From NCBI GenBank assembly GCA_963664405.1, contig OY761158.1, forward strand, positions 1,856,001 through 1,920,000: a stretch of 64,000 bases of DNA, given 5' to 3'. This DNA comes from Thermoanaerobaculia bacterium (GTDB taxonomy: Bacteria; Acidobacteriota; Thermoanaerobaculia; Multivoradales; Multivoraceae). Both the position numbers and the translations under genes were made by a program. The notes under the pieces are model-generated. The model made no database searches. It was not told the origin of the DNA and saw only the letters and a list, made by a program, of their open reading frames with translations. Shown one piece after another: positions 17,773-27,621 of the stretch (positions are counted from its first letter, which is position 1; each line of letters begins with the position of its first letter).

Positions 17773-19592
17773 AGCGCTGGTGGCTCGAGATCAGTCGCTA
17801 CGCACTCCCCCAGAGCCGCGAGCTCGGTGTGGTGGTGTTGTTGACGCTCACCAGCGTTGGGCTAGGTCTCCTCTCACCGTGGCCACTGAAACTGATCGTC
17901 GACCACGTCCTGCTGGATAAGCCTCTGCCCTCTGCTCTGCGAGCAGTCGAAGTACTTCCTGGAGCAGGTTCTCAGCAAGGATTGCTGGCGTGGCTCGTGG
18001 TCGCGACCGTGGTCATCTTCCTGGTCCGGCGCTCAACGAAGATTGTGACCCGGTACGTTAAGACCGGTGCTGCCACTCGCATGGTCTTCAACCTGGGCAC
18101 TGAGCTTTTCCACTCACTGCAGCGCCGTTCTCTGCTGTTTCACGGCGAGCGCCGAACGGGGGATCTGGTGAAGCGGGTGACTGGAGACACTCGCTGCGTG
18201 CGGGAGCTGGTCATGGACGTCTGCCTGCCGGTGCTGACCTCGCTGGTGACGCTCGTGGGCATGTTCATCATCATGTGGAAGCTGAATCCACGCTTGGCGG
18301 TCCTGGCGGTGCTCATGAGCCTTCCCCTGGCGTTCCTGAGCCGCATCTTCGCGGGCCGTATGAGCGAACGGGCCTACAAGGAGCGGGAGCTCCAGGGGGA
18401 CATGGCGGCGCTGGCGGAGCAGACCTTGACCACCCTGCCCGTTGTGAAAGCCTTCGCCCGAGAGGAGGTCGAAGCTGAGCGATTCCGAAAGCTGGCCGAC
18501 GAAGCCGTTCAGGCCAACCTCCGTTCGGTTACGACTCAGTTGCAGTTCCAGGCCTCGACGGGGGTCGTCTCGCGGGCAGCGACTGTGACCGTCATGACGG
18601 TCGGCGGCTTCTACATACTCGGAGGCGAGCTTACGGTCGGAAGTCTGCTGGTGTTGATGTCCTACTTCGTGCAGCTCTACTCGCCCATCGAAACGATCGC
18701 GTATCTCTCAGAAAGCTACGCCAGCGCGGCGGCAGGGGCCCGGCGCGTGCTCGAGGTCCTCCATGCCAAAGACTCGGGTGTGCGCGAGTCACCTCGTGCG
18801 AGGCCTCTGCCACAGGTCACCAGGGGAGCTCGTGGCCGTGTGCGGTTCGAAGGTGTGAGCTTCGGATACCGTCCTGGGCTGCCGGTGCTGCGCGACATCG
18901 ATCTCGATGTCTCGCCTGGGGAGACCGTTGCCCTGGTTGGCCGAACCGGTGCGGGTAAGAGCACGCTCGTCTCGCTGATCCCTCGGCTCTACGATCCATG
19001 GAACGGAGTCGTATCGATCGACGGCTCGAATCTTCGTTCCGTACGACTCGACAGCCTCCGACGCGACGTGGCTGTAGTGCTTCAAGACCCCTTCTTGCTG
19101 CCTCTCTCGATTGCCGAGAACATCACCTACGGGCGCCCAGGGGCCTCGGACGAGGAGATCGTGAAAGCGGCCCAAGCGGCTCGCGCCGAAGGGTTCATCG
19201 ACGCGCTGCCTGACGGCTACGATACTCTGGTGGGAGAACGAGGGTCGACTCTGTCGGGGGGGGAGAAGCAGCGTATCGCGATCGCTCGTGCCTTGCTCAA
19301 GGACGCCGCGGTCTTGATCATGGATGAGCCCACTTCAGCCCTGGATGCCCAAACGGAGGGCGAGCTGATGGAGGCCTTGGAGCGTCTCACGAAGAGCCGG
19401 ACGACATTCATCATCGCCCACAGAATCTCGACGATCCGCAAGGCCGACCGTATCCTGTTTCTAGAAGAGGGAAGAATCCGAGAACAAGGCACACATGCCG
19501 CGGCGCTTATGGAGCAAGGAGGCGCATACGCGCAGCTGATCGCAAGTCAGTTCGGTGCTGGAAAGGAGGGCAGGCGCCGTCAGTCTGCCTAG
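17769..19592 (+). CDS. MsbA-like ABC exporter (TMD+NBD)
   Basis: LSPWPLKLIVD TMD, GRTGAGKST, LSGGEKQR, DEPTSALD; paralog of the upstream gene. Confidence 0.93.
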   Translation: MKRWWLEISRYALPQSRELGVVVLLTLTSVGLGLLSPWPLKLIVDHVLLDKPLPSALRAVEVLPGAGSQQGLLAWLVVATVVIFLVRRSTKIVTRYVKTGAATRMVFNLGTELFHSLQRRSLLFHGERRTGDLVKRVTGDTRCVRELVMDVCLPVLTSLVTLVGMFIIMWKLNPRLAVLAVLMSLPLAFLSRIFAGRMSERAYKERELQGDMAALAEQTLTTLPVVKAFAREEVEAERFRKLADEAVQANLRSVTTQLQFQASTGVVSRAATVTVMTVGGFYILGGELTVGSLLVLMSYFVQLYSPIETIAYLSESYASAAAGARRVLEVLHAKDSGVRESPRARPLPQVTRGARGRVRFEGVSFGYRPGLPVLRDIDLDVSPGETVALVGRTGAGKSTLVSLIPRLYDPWNGVVSIDGSNLRSVRLDSLRRDVAVVLQDPFLLPLSIAENITYGRPGASDEEIVKAAQAARAEGFIDALPDGYDTLVGERGSTLSGGEKQRIAIARALLKDAAVLIMDEPTSALDAQTEGELMEALERLTKSRTTFIIAHRISTIRKADRILFLEEGRIREQGTHAAALMEQGGAYAQLIASQFGAGKEGRRRQSA

Positions 19593-20619
19593 GAGTACTC
19601 CCCCTGGAATCGAGATGCTGTCTTTCTGCACAACGGTGAAGAACCGCTCTAGGGTGTCCGCGGGTGACCTTCGACTCGAGCTCTTCCCGAGGTGCGTCGA
19701 GTCCATTGTCAGAGCCGTTAGTGATCGAGATGACTGTGAGCTAGTGGTCACGGACTGGGAGTCGGAAGATTGGCCGCTCGAGGAGTGGTTCTACGATCTG
19801 GCAACGGCCATTCCGGTCCGTGTTCGGTCGCTTCGCGGGAGCTTTTCCCGCGGCCTAGGCAGAAACAAGGCGGCGAAGGCAGCCGGGGGAGACACTCTGT
19901 TCTTTGTGGACGCCGATTGTCTCGTCGGAGGCGGCGTCATCGACCGCGGCTTGGCCGCCCTCGAGGAGGGACATGCCTACTTTCCGATCGTTTTCTCCTA
20001 CAACGACGCGCGACACGAGTGCGGCCGTTGGCGCTCGAGGGGCTATGGCAATTGTGTGATCCATCGAAGGACGTTCGAGTCAGCGGGCGGTTTCCCAGAA
20101 TACGGTTTCTGGGGGCGAGAGGACACGCACTTCTATGAAAACGTGTGCAAAATCGCGTCAGTCGTGCGAGAGAGAGCTCCTGACCTCTACCACCAATGGC
20201 ATCCGGACGACTTCGCTTGGAAGAATCGTTATGGAGGTCCGTCACCCTTTGAGGCTACTAAGAGAGAGGAGCGTGAGAAATACAGGAAAACCGCAGATGA
20301 GCTGATGAAACTCGGTGTCGAAGCTGCAGCTATAGTCCTTGTGGACGACTTGATGCTCGACAGCGCCTTGATCCCTTCGGGCAACTGCAGGCCGTTTCTG
20401 GAGATCGGGGGTGAGTACTGCGGGCGTCCGATGGACAGCGCTGCTGCTGTGATCGAGATCGAGCGCATGCGCCGAGAAGGGGCAAGGTTGATCGCATTCG
20501 TGTGGTCTTCCTTCTGGTGGCTCGAACACTATTCCGAGTTCGCGCGTCACCTGTCGGACAGGTACGAGTCCGTCTTGAAGAACGAGCGTCTGTTGGTTTT
20601 CGACCTTGGGAAGTCCTAG
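19555..20619 (+). CDS. GT-A fold glycosyltransferase (GT2/GT7-like) with shared C-terminal domain
   Basis: FSRGLGRN, FFVDAD, GGFPEYGFWGRED, HQWH; start codon uncertain. Confidence 0.8.
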   Translation: MLERRAGAVSLPRSTPPGIEMLSFCTTVKNRSRVSAGDLRLELFPRCVESIVRAVSDRDDCELVVTDWESEDWPLEEWFYDLATAIPVRVRSLRGSFSRGLGRNKAAKAAGGDTLFFVDADCLVGGGVIDRGLAALEEGHAYFPIVFSYNDARHECGRWRSRGYGNCVIHRRTFESAGGFPEYGFWGREDTHFYENVCKIASVVRERAPDLYHQWHPDDFAWKNRYGGPSPFEATKREEREKYRKTADELMKLGVEAAAIVLVDDLMLDSALIPSGNCRPFLEIGGEYCGRPMDSAAAVIEIERMRREGARLIAFVWSSFWWLEHYSEFARHLSDRYESVLKNERLLVFDLGKS

Positions 20620-20621
20620 CG

Positions 20622-22478
20622 GTGGCTCGTCCGCTCAAGGTCTTCTGGCTGCATTGCGGGCCGCGTGCCGGAAACTTCGGTGACAACCTTACCCCCCTGC
20701 TACTGGACTATCTGTGTGTTGACTACCGCTGGTCGCCGCCTGAAGCTGCAGACCTCATCGGAATCGGTAGCCTCTGCGAGAAGGTGCCCGAAGGCTACAG
20801 TGGTATGGTATGGACGAGTGGCTGCCTATATGGTTCGACGCGTGTTCACACAGAACACGCCGAAGTCCTCGCGCTGCGAGGCCGCCTCACCCTTGGGCGT
20901 GCCCCTCCCGACCTGGATTCCATACCATTGGGAGATGGCGGGCTTGTCGCGGGCCTGATGGCCGGACAGGAGCAGAAGCAATACGCTCTGGGCCTAATTC
21001 CTCATTACGCGCACGAGAGGAATCCGGCCTTCCGGGCCGTGGTGAAAGGACACTCTCGCCACGCTTGTCTAATCGATATCTGTTCGGATCCGCGCTCCGT
21101 GATTCAACAGGTCCAGCGTTGTGAGGCCGTTCTCGCAAGCTGCCTGCACGGACTTGTGCTTGCCGATAGTCTAGGAGTTCCGAGCCAATGGGTCATGACA
21201 AGCGATGCTCTTCTGGGGGCTGACTTCAAGTTCCGAGACTACTACTCGGTTTTCGGGAATAGGTCGATCACGCCTTTGACTCTTTCGGGTGAGGACTCGA
21301 TCGAAGATCTGGTGGGCAGTTGCTCGCTGCCAGACTCGGCCTCGACGGCTGAGATCACACGGCGACTGCTCGAGGCTCTCCGTGGAGGTCTGGGAGTGGG
21401 ACAGGACGTTTGGTCGTTCGTGTCCCAGCCAACTCTCGAGCGCGAGATCACTCTCCGCCAGCACATCAACGACGCCCTCGACCAAGATGAGTGCAATGAG
21501 GGCCCTATTCTGCGTGGTGATGCCCAGGGGAGCCGATCTCTCTCACAAGAGATCGAGGCGTCTAGCGAGGATGGGAGCCGACTTAGTCTTCTCTTTAGAA
21601 AATGCCTGACGCTTCTCGAAAGGCTGTGGCCGTTGGGCGTGAATCTGTGCCTCCTCGGGCCGGAAGACATCTGGCTCCGGGACGGCCGACCGCTTCTAGC
21701 GAATCTCGGATGGGCATGTCCAGGAGCGTACGCTCGGAAGCTCAACGAGGGTGTCTCACCGTCGGAGCTACGGCATCGTGACCTTCGACGGCTTGGACAG
21801 CTTTTCGCTGAGTTGGTTCCATCGTCCGGAGCCGCTTTCGGTTCGGTCCTCCGTCTGGTGGCGGGAGGTCAAGTTCAGACCGTCGAAGAGGCAATGCGGC
21901 TCACAGAGGCAGCGCAGGCCGCTGATCAAGCTGATCCCGCCGATCTCGCGTCAGGTCGAACGGCGAAGGAGACGGAGCCGGCGGGTACCACTGCTCCTGT
22001 CTGCGAAGACTCGCTCTTGATCACCTTGCTCGGGCTTGTGGCTGACAAGGAGCGGGAAGTTCTTCGACTGAGAGGAACTCGAAAAAGACTCGAAACCGAG
22101 CTTTCGGCCTTTCGCCAGAATCAGGCCAAGCAGCGCCTCGCGGAAGTGATACCGACGGGCGGGAGTTTCATCCTGGTCGACGAGGGTGAGTGGGGTGAGG
22201 AACCGCTCGTCGGTCGCAAGGCGATCCCCTTTCCAGAACGGAACGGCTGGTACGCGGGGCGGCCTTCCGACGGCCCGGAGGCCGCTGCCGAGCTGCAACG
22301 TCTCTTGGATAGAGACCCCAGCCACGTCGTATTCAGTGGAGCCTGCACCTGGTGGTTGGACTACTACGCCGAGCTCGAGGTCTGCCTCTCCCACAAGTAC
22401 GAGCGCGTGACGGATTGCGGGGATCTCATCGTCTTCGACCTGCGTTCGGGTTGGACCCCAACTGAGGGCGGAACGTGA
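20622..22478 (+). CDS. Polysaccharide pyruvyltransferase family protein with shared C-terminal domain
   Basis: GNFGDNL, GIGS, LRGRLT, GLIPHY, SCLHGLVLADSLGVP, FKFRDYY. Confidence 0.82.
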   Translation: MARPLKVFWLHCGPRAGNFGDNLTPLLLDYLCVDYRWSPPEAADLIGIGSLCEKVPEGYSGMVWTSGCLYGSTRVHTEHAEVLALRGRLTLGRAPPDLDSIPLGDGGLVAGLMAGQEQKQYALGLIPHYAHERNPAFRAVVKGHSRHACLIDICSDPRSVIQQVQRCEAVLASCLHGLVLADSLGVPSQWVMTSDALLGADFKFRDYYSVFGNRSITPLTLSGEDSIEDLVGSCSLPDSASTAEITRRLLEALRGGLGVGQDVWSFVSQPTLEREITLRQHINDALDQDECNEGPILRGDAQGSRSLSQEIEASSEDGSRLSLLFRKCLTLLERLWPLGVNLCLLGPEDIWLRDGRPLLANLGWACPGAYARKLNEGVSPSELRHRDLRRLGQLFAELVPSSGAAFGSVLRLVAGGQVQTVEEAMRLTEAAQAADQADPADLASGRTAKETEPAGTTAPVCEDSLLITLLGLVADKEREVLRLRGTRKRLETELSAFRQNQAKQRLAEVIPTGGSFILVDEGEWGEEPLVGRKAIPFPERNGWYAGRPSDGPEAAAELQRLLDRDPSHVVFSGACTWWLDYYAELEVCLSHKYERVTDCGDLIVFDLRSGWTPTEGGT

Positions 22479-23266
22479 GTCGTCGGCGTATCTTCGTCGT
22501 CGGGACAGGCCGTTCCGGTACCAATTGGATGGGAGAGATCTTGGCAACGCATCCCGACATCGTGAGTTTCCTCGAACCCCGTCCCGTCTTTGATCTCGTC
22601 ACATCCGTAGCGGTCGGTGAGCAGTCCCGGGCAACCGCGTTCCCTCGAATCTTCGCTGAGTACGATCGGCTCTTCACTGCATCCGAGCCGTTTCACTGTG
22701 CCGACAAGACGCATACTGCCCTCTGGATCGTAGACGCGCTGTCGGCGCACTATCCAGAAGCCCGGTTCGTTGCCATGAATCGCGAAGTAGAGGCCACGGT
22801 AGCTAGCATGATGAAGCACGCTGGGGTGCGCCGGTGGTGTGAGCAGTGGGAACGCTACCCAACTCCTAATCCCTTCTTGGGGATCGTGGAGAGCAGTCGA
22901 AGCTGGTATGAGCAGTCATCGACTCTGGAGCGTTGCGTCGCACGATGGTCCTCGCATCACGAAGAGATCTGTCGCCTCCAGGGCCGCCTTGGAGACCGGA
23001 TGCTTCAGGTTGAGTACGAATCGTTAGTGGTGCGTCCGGAAGAGCAGCTACCTCGGTTACAGCACTTCATCGGCCTGAAGAAGCAATTTCCACCGACTAG
23101 GCCGCGGCACCAATCGCTCCACAAGTGGAAGGCCCATTTCTCGCTTGAGGATTTGGAGAGGATTCGGGCCGCCGTTGAATATCTCGACTCTAAGCGCGCG
23201 CCCTCGGGACAGGGTTTTGGGCGCCGAAGATCCGGTCACGAATCCCACAAGGGATCGGGGTCTTGA
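22475..23266 (+). CDS. PAPS-dependent sulfotransferase
   Basis: IFVVGTGRSGTNW 5'-PSB loop, DKTH, YPEARFV..R, VEYESLV. Confidence 0.85.
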   Translation: MSRRRIFVVGTGRSGTNWMGEILATHPDIVSFLEPRPVFDLVTSVAVGEQSRATAFPRIFAEYDRLFTASEPFHCADKTHTALWIVDALSAHYPEARFVAMNREVEATVASMMKHAGVRRWCEQWERYPTPNPFLGIVESSRSWYEQSSTLERCVARWSSHHEEICRLQGRLGDRMLQVEYESLVVRPEEQLPRLQHFIGLKKQFPPTRPRHQSLHKWKAHFSLEDLERIRAAVEYLDSKRAPSGQGFGRRRSGHESHKGSGS

Positions 23267-23267
23267 C

Positions 23268-23999
23268 ATGAGTGGTGCGGAGAAAGGCTTGCCGCAAGGC
23301 GACGTGGTCGCCCTACACGCGTACAGAGCGATCTATTTTGCAATACCGAAGGTGGCCAACTCGAGTCTGAAAGCCGTCTGCGCTGATTGGATCAAGGATA
23401 GTCTCGACGCGAAGCAACTGGATCGGTATTGGAGCGAAAAGTGGAAGCCGAGGCTTTTTCGAGATCAGCGCGCGAGGGAGTACCTCCGCAACAAACGCAT
23501 TTTGATCTCGCGGAGCGACTTGGTGAGGTTGAACTCCTATTGGAGGTTCGGATTCGTCAGAAATCCGTGGGATCGCATGGTTTCCTGCTGGCGACAGAAG
23601 ATCGCGCCCGAGGAACTTACTGACGGGACCTACGTCCGAGGTGTTGCTCGGAGTCTGTCTGCCACGGGCGATTTCCGGGCCGGGATGAGCCTTCGGAGAT
23701 TCGTGGAGGTTGTGGCCGAGATACCCGACGAGGAAGCGAACTCACACTACCGTTCGCAGTGTTCGTTCGTTGAAGATACCGATGGACAGCTCCTAGTGGA
23801 CTATGTGGGGCGCTTCGAGAGCCTGAGATCTGATTTCGAGTATGCACGAGTGCAACTGGGAGCTCCTCCCACGGAGCTTCCTCACTTGTTGAAGTCCCGA
23901 GGGACGGCAGCATATAGGGACTACTACGACTTGGCGACGCGTCGGCTGGTTGAGCAGCGGTATGCGCGCGACGTCGATCTGTTCGAGTATGAGTACTGA
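23268..23999 (+). CDS. Sulfotransferase family 2 protein
   Basis: IPKVANSSLK, FVRNPWDRMVS, HYRSQ, VGRFESL, YARDVDLFEY. Confidence 0.88.
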   Translation: MSGAEKGLPQGDVVALHAYRAIYFAIPKVANSSLKAVCADWIKDSLDAKQLDRYWSEKWKPRLFRDQRAREYLRNKRILISRSDLVRLNSYWRFGFVRNPWDRMVSCWRQKIAPEELTDGTYVRGVARSLSATGDFRAGMSLRRFVEVVAEIPDEEANSHYRSQCSFVEDTDGQLLVDYVGRFESLRSDFEYARVQLGAPPTELPHLLKSRGTAAYRDYYDLATRRLVEQRYARDVDLFEYEY

Positions 24000-24316
24000 G
24001 CGGGGGCCTGATCCAGCGAAGGGTAGAGCTAGGGTCGAGAAGCGGCTGAAACACGGTCGCCCATCAGATCCTCGCCGGGAAGGGTCGCTGGTCACCATCA
24101 TCGTCAACGACTACAACTACGGCCAGTTCGTGGAACAGGCGATCGCCAGCGCGCTGGCGCAGGACTACTCACGTACCGAAGTGCTGGTTGTCGACGACGG
24201 CTCCACAGACAACTCGCGCCAGGTCATCTCCAAGTTTGGAGGAGCTATTGAGCGCATCTTCAAGCCCAACCAGGGCCAGGCTTCGACCTTCAACGCCGGC
24301 TTCCAGGCAAGCCGTG
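23989..24316 (+). pseudogene. GT2 glycosyltransferase truncated by IS21
   Basis: YNYGQF, VVDDGSTD, NQGQASTFNAGF, then IS terminus; remainder not found in window. Confidence 0.85.
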
Positions 24317-25297
24317 TGTTGGCAACGGTTGGAAAGTGAGCCACTCACCGTTTTAGAAGTGAGCCACCCCCGGCCCTAAAGCCGGTAGCTTGGTCTTGTC
24401 TACGGACTGAGCTACTGGAGGAAGGATGCTGAGGATGGATCAGGTTCATGTTATCCGTTACAAGGTGCTGGTCGAGGGTCGGAGCCGGCGTTCGGTGGCT
24501 CTAGAGCTGGGTGTGAGCCGGAATACGGTTCGTAAATACTTGGAGGTGAGTGAGCCTCGGCGCGTGGAGTCGGTGGCGCGCCGTCGTCGCGTGCTTGAGG
24601 GTGTAGCGCCGCGTCTGGGAGAGCTTTTCGAGGAATGGTCGAAGCGGACGACTCGAAAGCAGCGCCTGACCGGGACTCGTCTTCACCGCCAGCTGGTTGA
24701 GGAGGGTTTCGAGGTCGGAGTGACGACGGTCCGGAGCTACTTTCGGGAGTGGAGGCGGCAGCGCCAGGAGGCGTTTATTCCGTTGGTGCACCGCCCGGGC
24801 GAGGAAGCGCAGGTAGATTTCTTCGAGGTCACGGTCGAGGAAGAGGGCTCAGTTCACCGGGTATGGAAGTTCGTGTTGCATCTTCCCTACTCGGGTCGTT
24901 CGTTCGTGTGGCTGTACGACCATGCGGACCGGGTGTCGTTCTTGGATGGTCACGTTCGCGCTTTCCAGCTGCGTATTCCGATGAATCTGGACAGTCGTTC
25001 CGATTCAATCTGGACAGTGATCGGAGCGAAGCGACGCTAGGGTGATCCTCAGCTTTGAGTGTCCGGTTTGAGCTCGGTTTCCTCCCTTCTTCTAGTTGTG
25101 AATGGATAGGCCGTCGTCGTGGCCGGCAAGGCTGTGGGAAACGCGTAGCGTTTTCCAAGAGGGGTGGGAGGGTGCGGGTTCGGGCGCAGCCTTCCATGCC
25201 TCGTCAGACCGCCGGCCGGGGGTGATGGGGGTCCGGGGGAAGAGGGGGACAATTTCCACAAGTGCGGCATCGTCCATCGTTTTTTCGGAGCCAGCTC

Positions 25298-26068
25298 TCA
25301 TGAGGCAGCCTTCGTCCTCTTCGGGTCCCCGGCTGTGCGGCGGGCTCGTTTGCGCCGCATCGACTCGCCCTTCAGCTCGAGGACGTAGGCGCCGTGGATG
25401 AGGCGATCGAGGATGCCGTCGGCGAGTGTTGGGTCGCCGATGACGTCGTACCATTTCTCGACCGGGAGCTGACTGGCGAAGATCGTCGAGCGTCGCCCGT
25501 AGCGATCCTCGAGGATCTCGAGGAGATCTCGCCGGTCGAGGTCGCCCAAGGGAGCGAGCCCCAAGTCATCAAGCACCAAGAGATCGGTGCGAGAGAAGCG
25601 TCGGAGCAGGCGCTCGAAGCTGCCATCACCGCGGGCGATCTCGAGCTCTCGAAACAGCCGCGGCACTCGTAGGTAGAGAGCCGTGAAGCCCTCCTGGCAG
25701 GCTTTGTGGGCGAGAGCGCATGCCAGATAGGTCTTACCGATTCCGGTCGGACCTACGATCAAGGTATTCAGATGCTCGGCGATCCAACGGCAGCTCGCCA
25801 GCCGCAAGACCTGCGAGCGATCCAATCCACGCCGGGTGCGCAGATCCAGGTCCTCGATCGTCGCCTGCTCCCTGAGCTTGGCCCGTCGGAGTCGGCTCTC
25901 GAAGAGTCGACTCGCGCGCTCCGTCGCTTCCCGCTCAACGAGAAACCCCAGGCGCTCCTCGAAGCTCAGCTCCCCGATGTCCTTCATCTGAAGCTGCTCC
26001 TCGAAGGCGCGGACCATGCCGTGCAGCTTCAGCTCGGCCAGTTGATCCATCGTCGGATGCCTCAGCAT
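25298..26068 (-). CDS. istB: IS21 helper ATPase
   Basis: GPTGIGKTYLA, LLVLDDLG, DPTLADGILDRL, LKGESMR. Confidence 0.95.
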   Translation of the reverse strand: MLRHPTMDQLAELKLHGMVRAFEEQLQMKDIGELSFEERLGFLVEREATERASRLFESRLRRAKLREQATIEDLDLRTRRGLDRSQVLRLASCRWIAEHLNTLIVGPTGIGKTYLACALAHKACQEGFTALYLRVPRLFRELEIARGDGSFERLLRRFSRTDLLVLDDLGLAPLGDLDRRDLLEILEDRYGRRSTIFASQLPVEKWYDVIGDPTLADGILDRLIHGAYVLELKGESMRRKRARRTAGDPKRTKAAS

Positions 26069-27621
26069 CTCGGGACCTCCTCGCTACGGGGCGCGTAGTA
26101 GCCGGCACCACGGACATTGTCGTGGTCCACGACACGCTGGGGCTCAGGCTCAGGCGGAAGTGGTTGCTGATCGAGGCCCGTACGCAAAATCGACTTGACG
26201 CTCTGGTAGGAGATCGAGCCGATCCGCAAGGCCCGCTTCGAAGCCGCCTCGAGTCGCTCTTGGCCATAGCGCTCGCCGAGGCGCATCAGACCCAGACACG
26301 AGCGAAAGCCCTGCTGCGGATGGGTCCGAGTGCGCAGGATCGCCTCGACGAGCTCCGCGGTCGACTCGCCGCTCTCCTCGGCCCACTTCACCAAGCGCAC
26401 CGGCGTCCATTCCAGGTACGCCTGGTGCGAGCGAGGCATGTGCTCTTTGAGAGTCGTATGGTGACCGAGTCGAGAGTCGCGGCAATGGGCAGCGACCCGC
26501 CTCGTTTTGCGGAAGATCTCGACCGTCTTTGCCGTCGAGCGCAGGTCGAGCTCCTCGCGGATCAGCTGGTACGGGACGCTGTAGTAGTGGCTCTCAAACT
26601 CGACGTGGTAGTCGATGCCGACTCGGACCTTCTTCCAGTCGGCAAATTCGTAGGGCTGGGCCGGGAGAGGCCTCAGTGCCTCCTTCTCGACCTGCTCAAA
26701 GAGATCCCGTCGCGAGACTTTCAGGATCTTCAGCGGGCGGTTATTCAGATCCTCGAGCCGCTCGCGAATCGCCGCATTCAGCTCGCCCAAGCTGAAGAAG
26801 GTCTGTTTGCGCAGACGGGCCAGGATCCAGCGCTCGACCTGCTGCACCGCATTCTCGACCTTGTCTCGAGGCTTGCGCACCCGAGCCGGCAAGATCGCCA
26901 GCGAGTAGTGGTTGGCCATCTCCTCATAGCTGCGATTGAGCCCCGGCTCGTACCAGCACGGACGCGGCACGGCCGTCTTAGGGTTATCCGGGACCACCAG
27001 CTCCGCCACCCCACCAAAATATTCGAAGGCCCTCCGGTGGGAGCCGATCCAGTCGGGAAGGGTCTGGCTCCCCGTCGCTTCGGCGTAGATGAGCTGGCTC
27101 GCTCCCAGCGCCGCGACAAAGATCTGCGCCTCATCAATCTCGCCACTCTCGCGATCTCGAATGTCGACCGTCTGGCCGGCGTAGTCGACAAAGACTCGTT
27201 CTCCGGCCTTGTGATCCTGGCGCAGCGGCATGTCTAGGCGACCCTCGTAGAGCCGGTACAGCTGACAGAATCGGCTGTAGCCGTAGCCCTCCGGATGCGC
27301 CTCGCGGTACTCCTGCCACAGCAAGGCCAGGGTCATGCCTTTGCGCCGAAGCTCTCGATGCATCTCTGCCCAGTCCGGCAAGGGTCTGGCCGAAATCCCT
27401 GCGGCAAGCTCCGTTGGGAAGAGCTTCGATTCGAGCGCCTCCTCGTCCATCCCTTCGACTTCATCCCAGCCTACGCCTGTGGCCTCAGCTCGCATCACGT
27501 AGTCGCCCACCGTGCCGTGGCCCAGCTTCAAACTCCGACCGATCTGCCGGTACGACAGACCCAAAACCCATCGCAGTCTCAATACGTCTCGTATCTTTCG
27601 CATCGCTGTCCTCGCTCGCAC
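26062..27621 (-). CDS. istA: IS21 transposase
   Basis: MRKIRDVLRL, LLWQEY, YGYSRFC, FVDYAG, VPDN, YYSVPY. Confidence 0.93.
   Translation of the reverse strand: MRARTAMRKIRDVLRLRWVLGLSYRQIGRSLKLGHGTVGDYVMRAEATGVGWDEVEGMDEEALESKLFPTELAAGISARPLPDWAEMHRELRRKGMTLALLWQEYREAHPEGYGYSRFCQLYRLYEGRLDMPLRQDHKAGERVFVDYAGQTVDIRDRESGEIDEAQIFVAALGASQLIYAEATGSQTLPDWIGSHRRAFEYFGGVAELVVPDNPKTAVPRPCWYEPGLNRSYEEMANHYSLAILPARVRKPRDKVENAVQQVERWILARLRKQTFFSLGELNAAIRERLEDLNNRPLKILKVSRRDLFEQVEKEALRPLPAQPYEFADWKKVRVGIDYHVEFESHYYSVPYQLIREELDLRSTAKTVEIFRKTRRVAAHCRDSRLGHHTTLKEHMPRSHQAYLEWTPVRLVKWAEESGESTAELVEAILRTRTHPQQGFRSCLGLMRLGERYGQERLEAASKRALRIGSISYQSVKSILRTGLDQQPLPPEPEPQRVVDHDNVRGAGYYAPRSEEVPRC

Noticed and set aside
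19256-19263. G8 tract as a phase-variation site
   Set aside because: In frame and encodes the conserved LSGG ABC signature.
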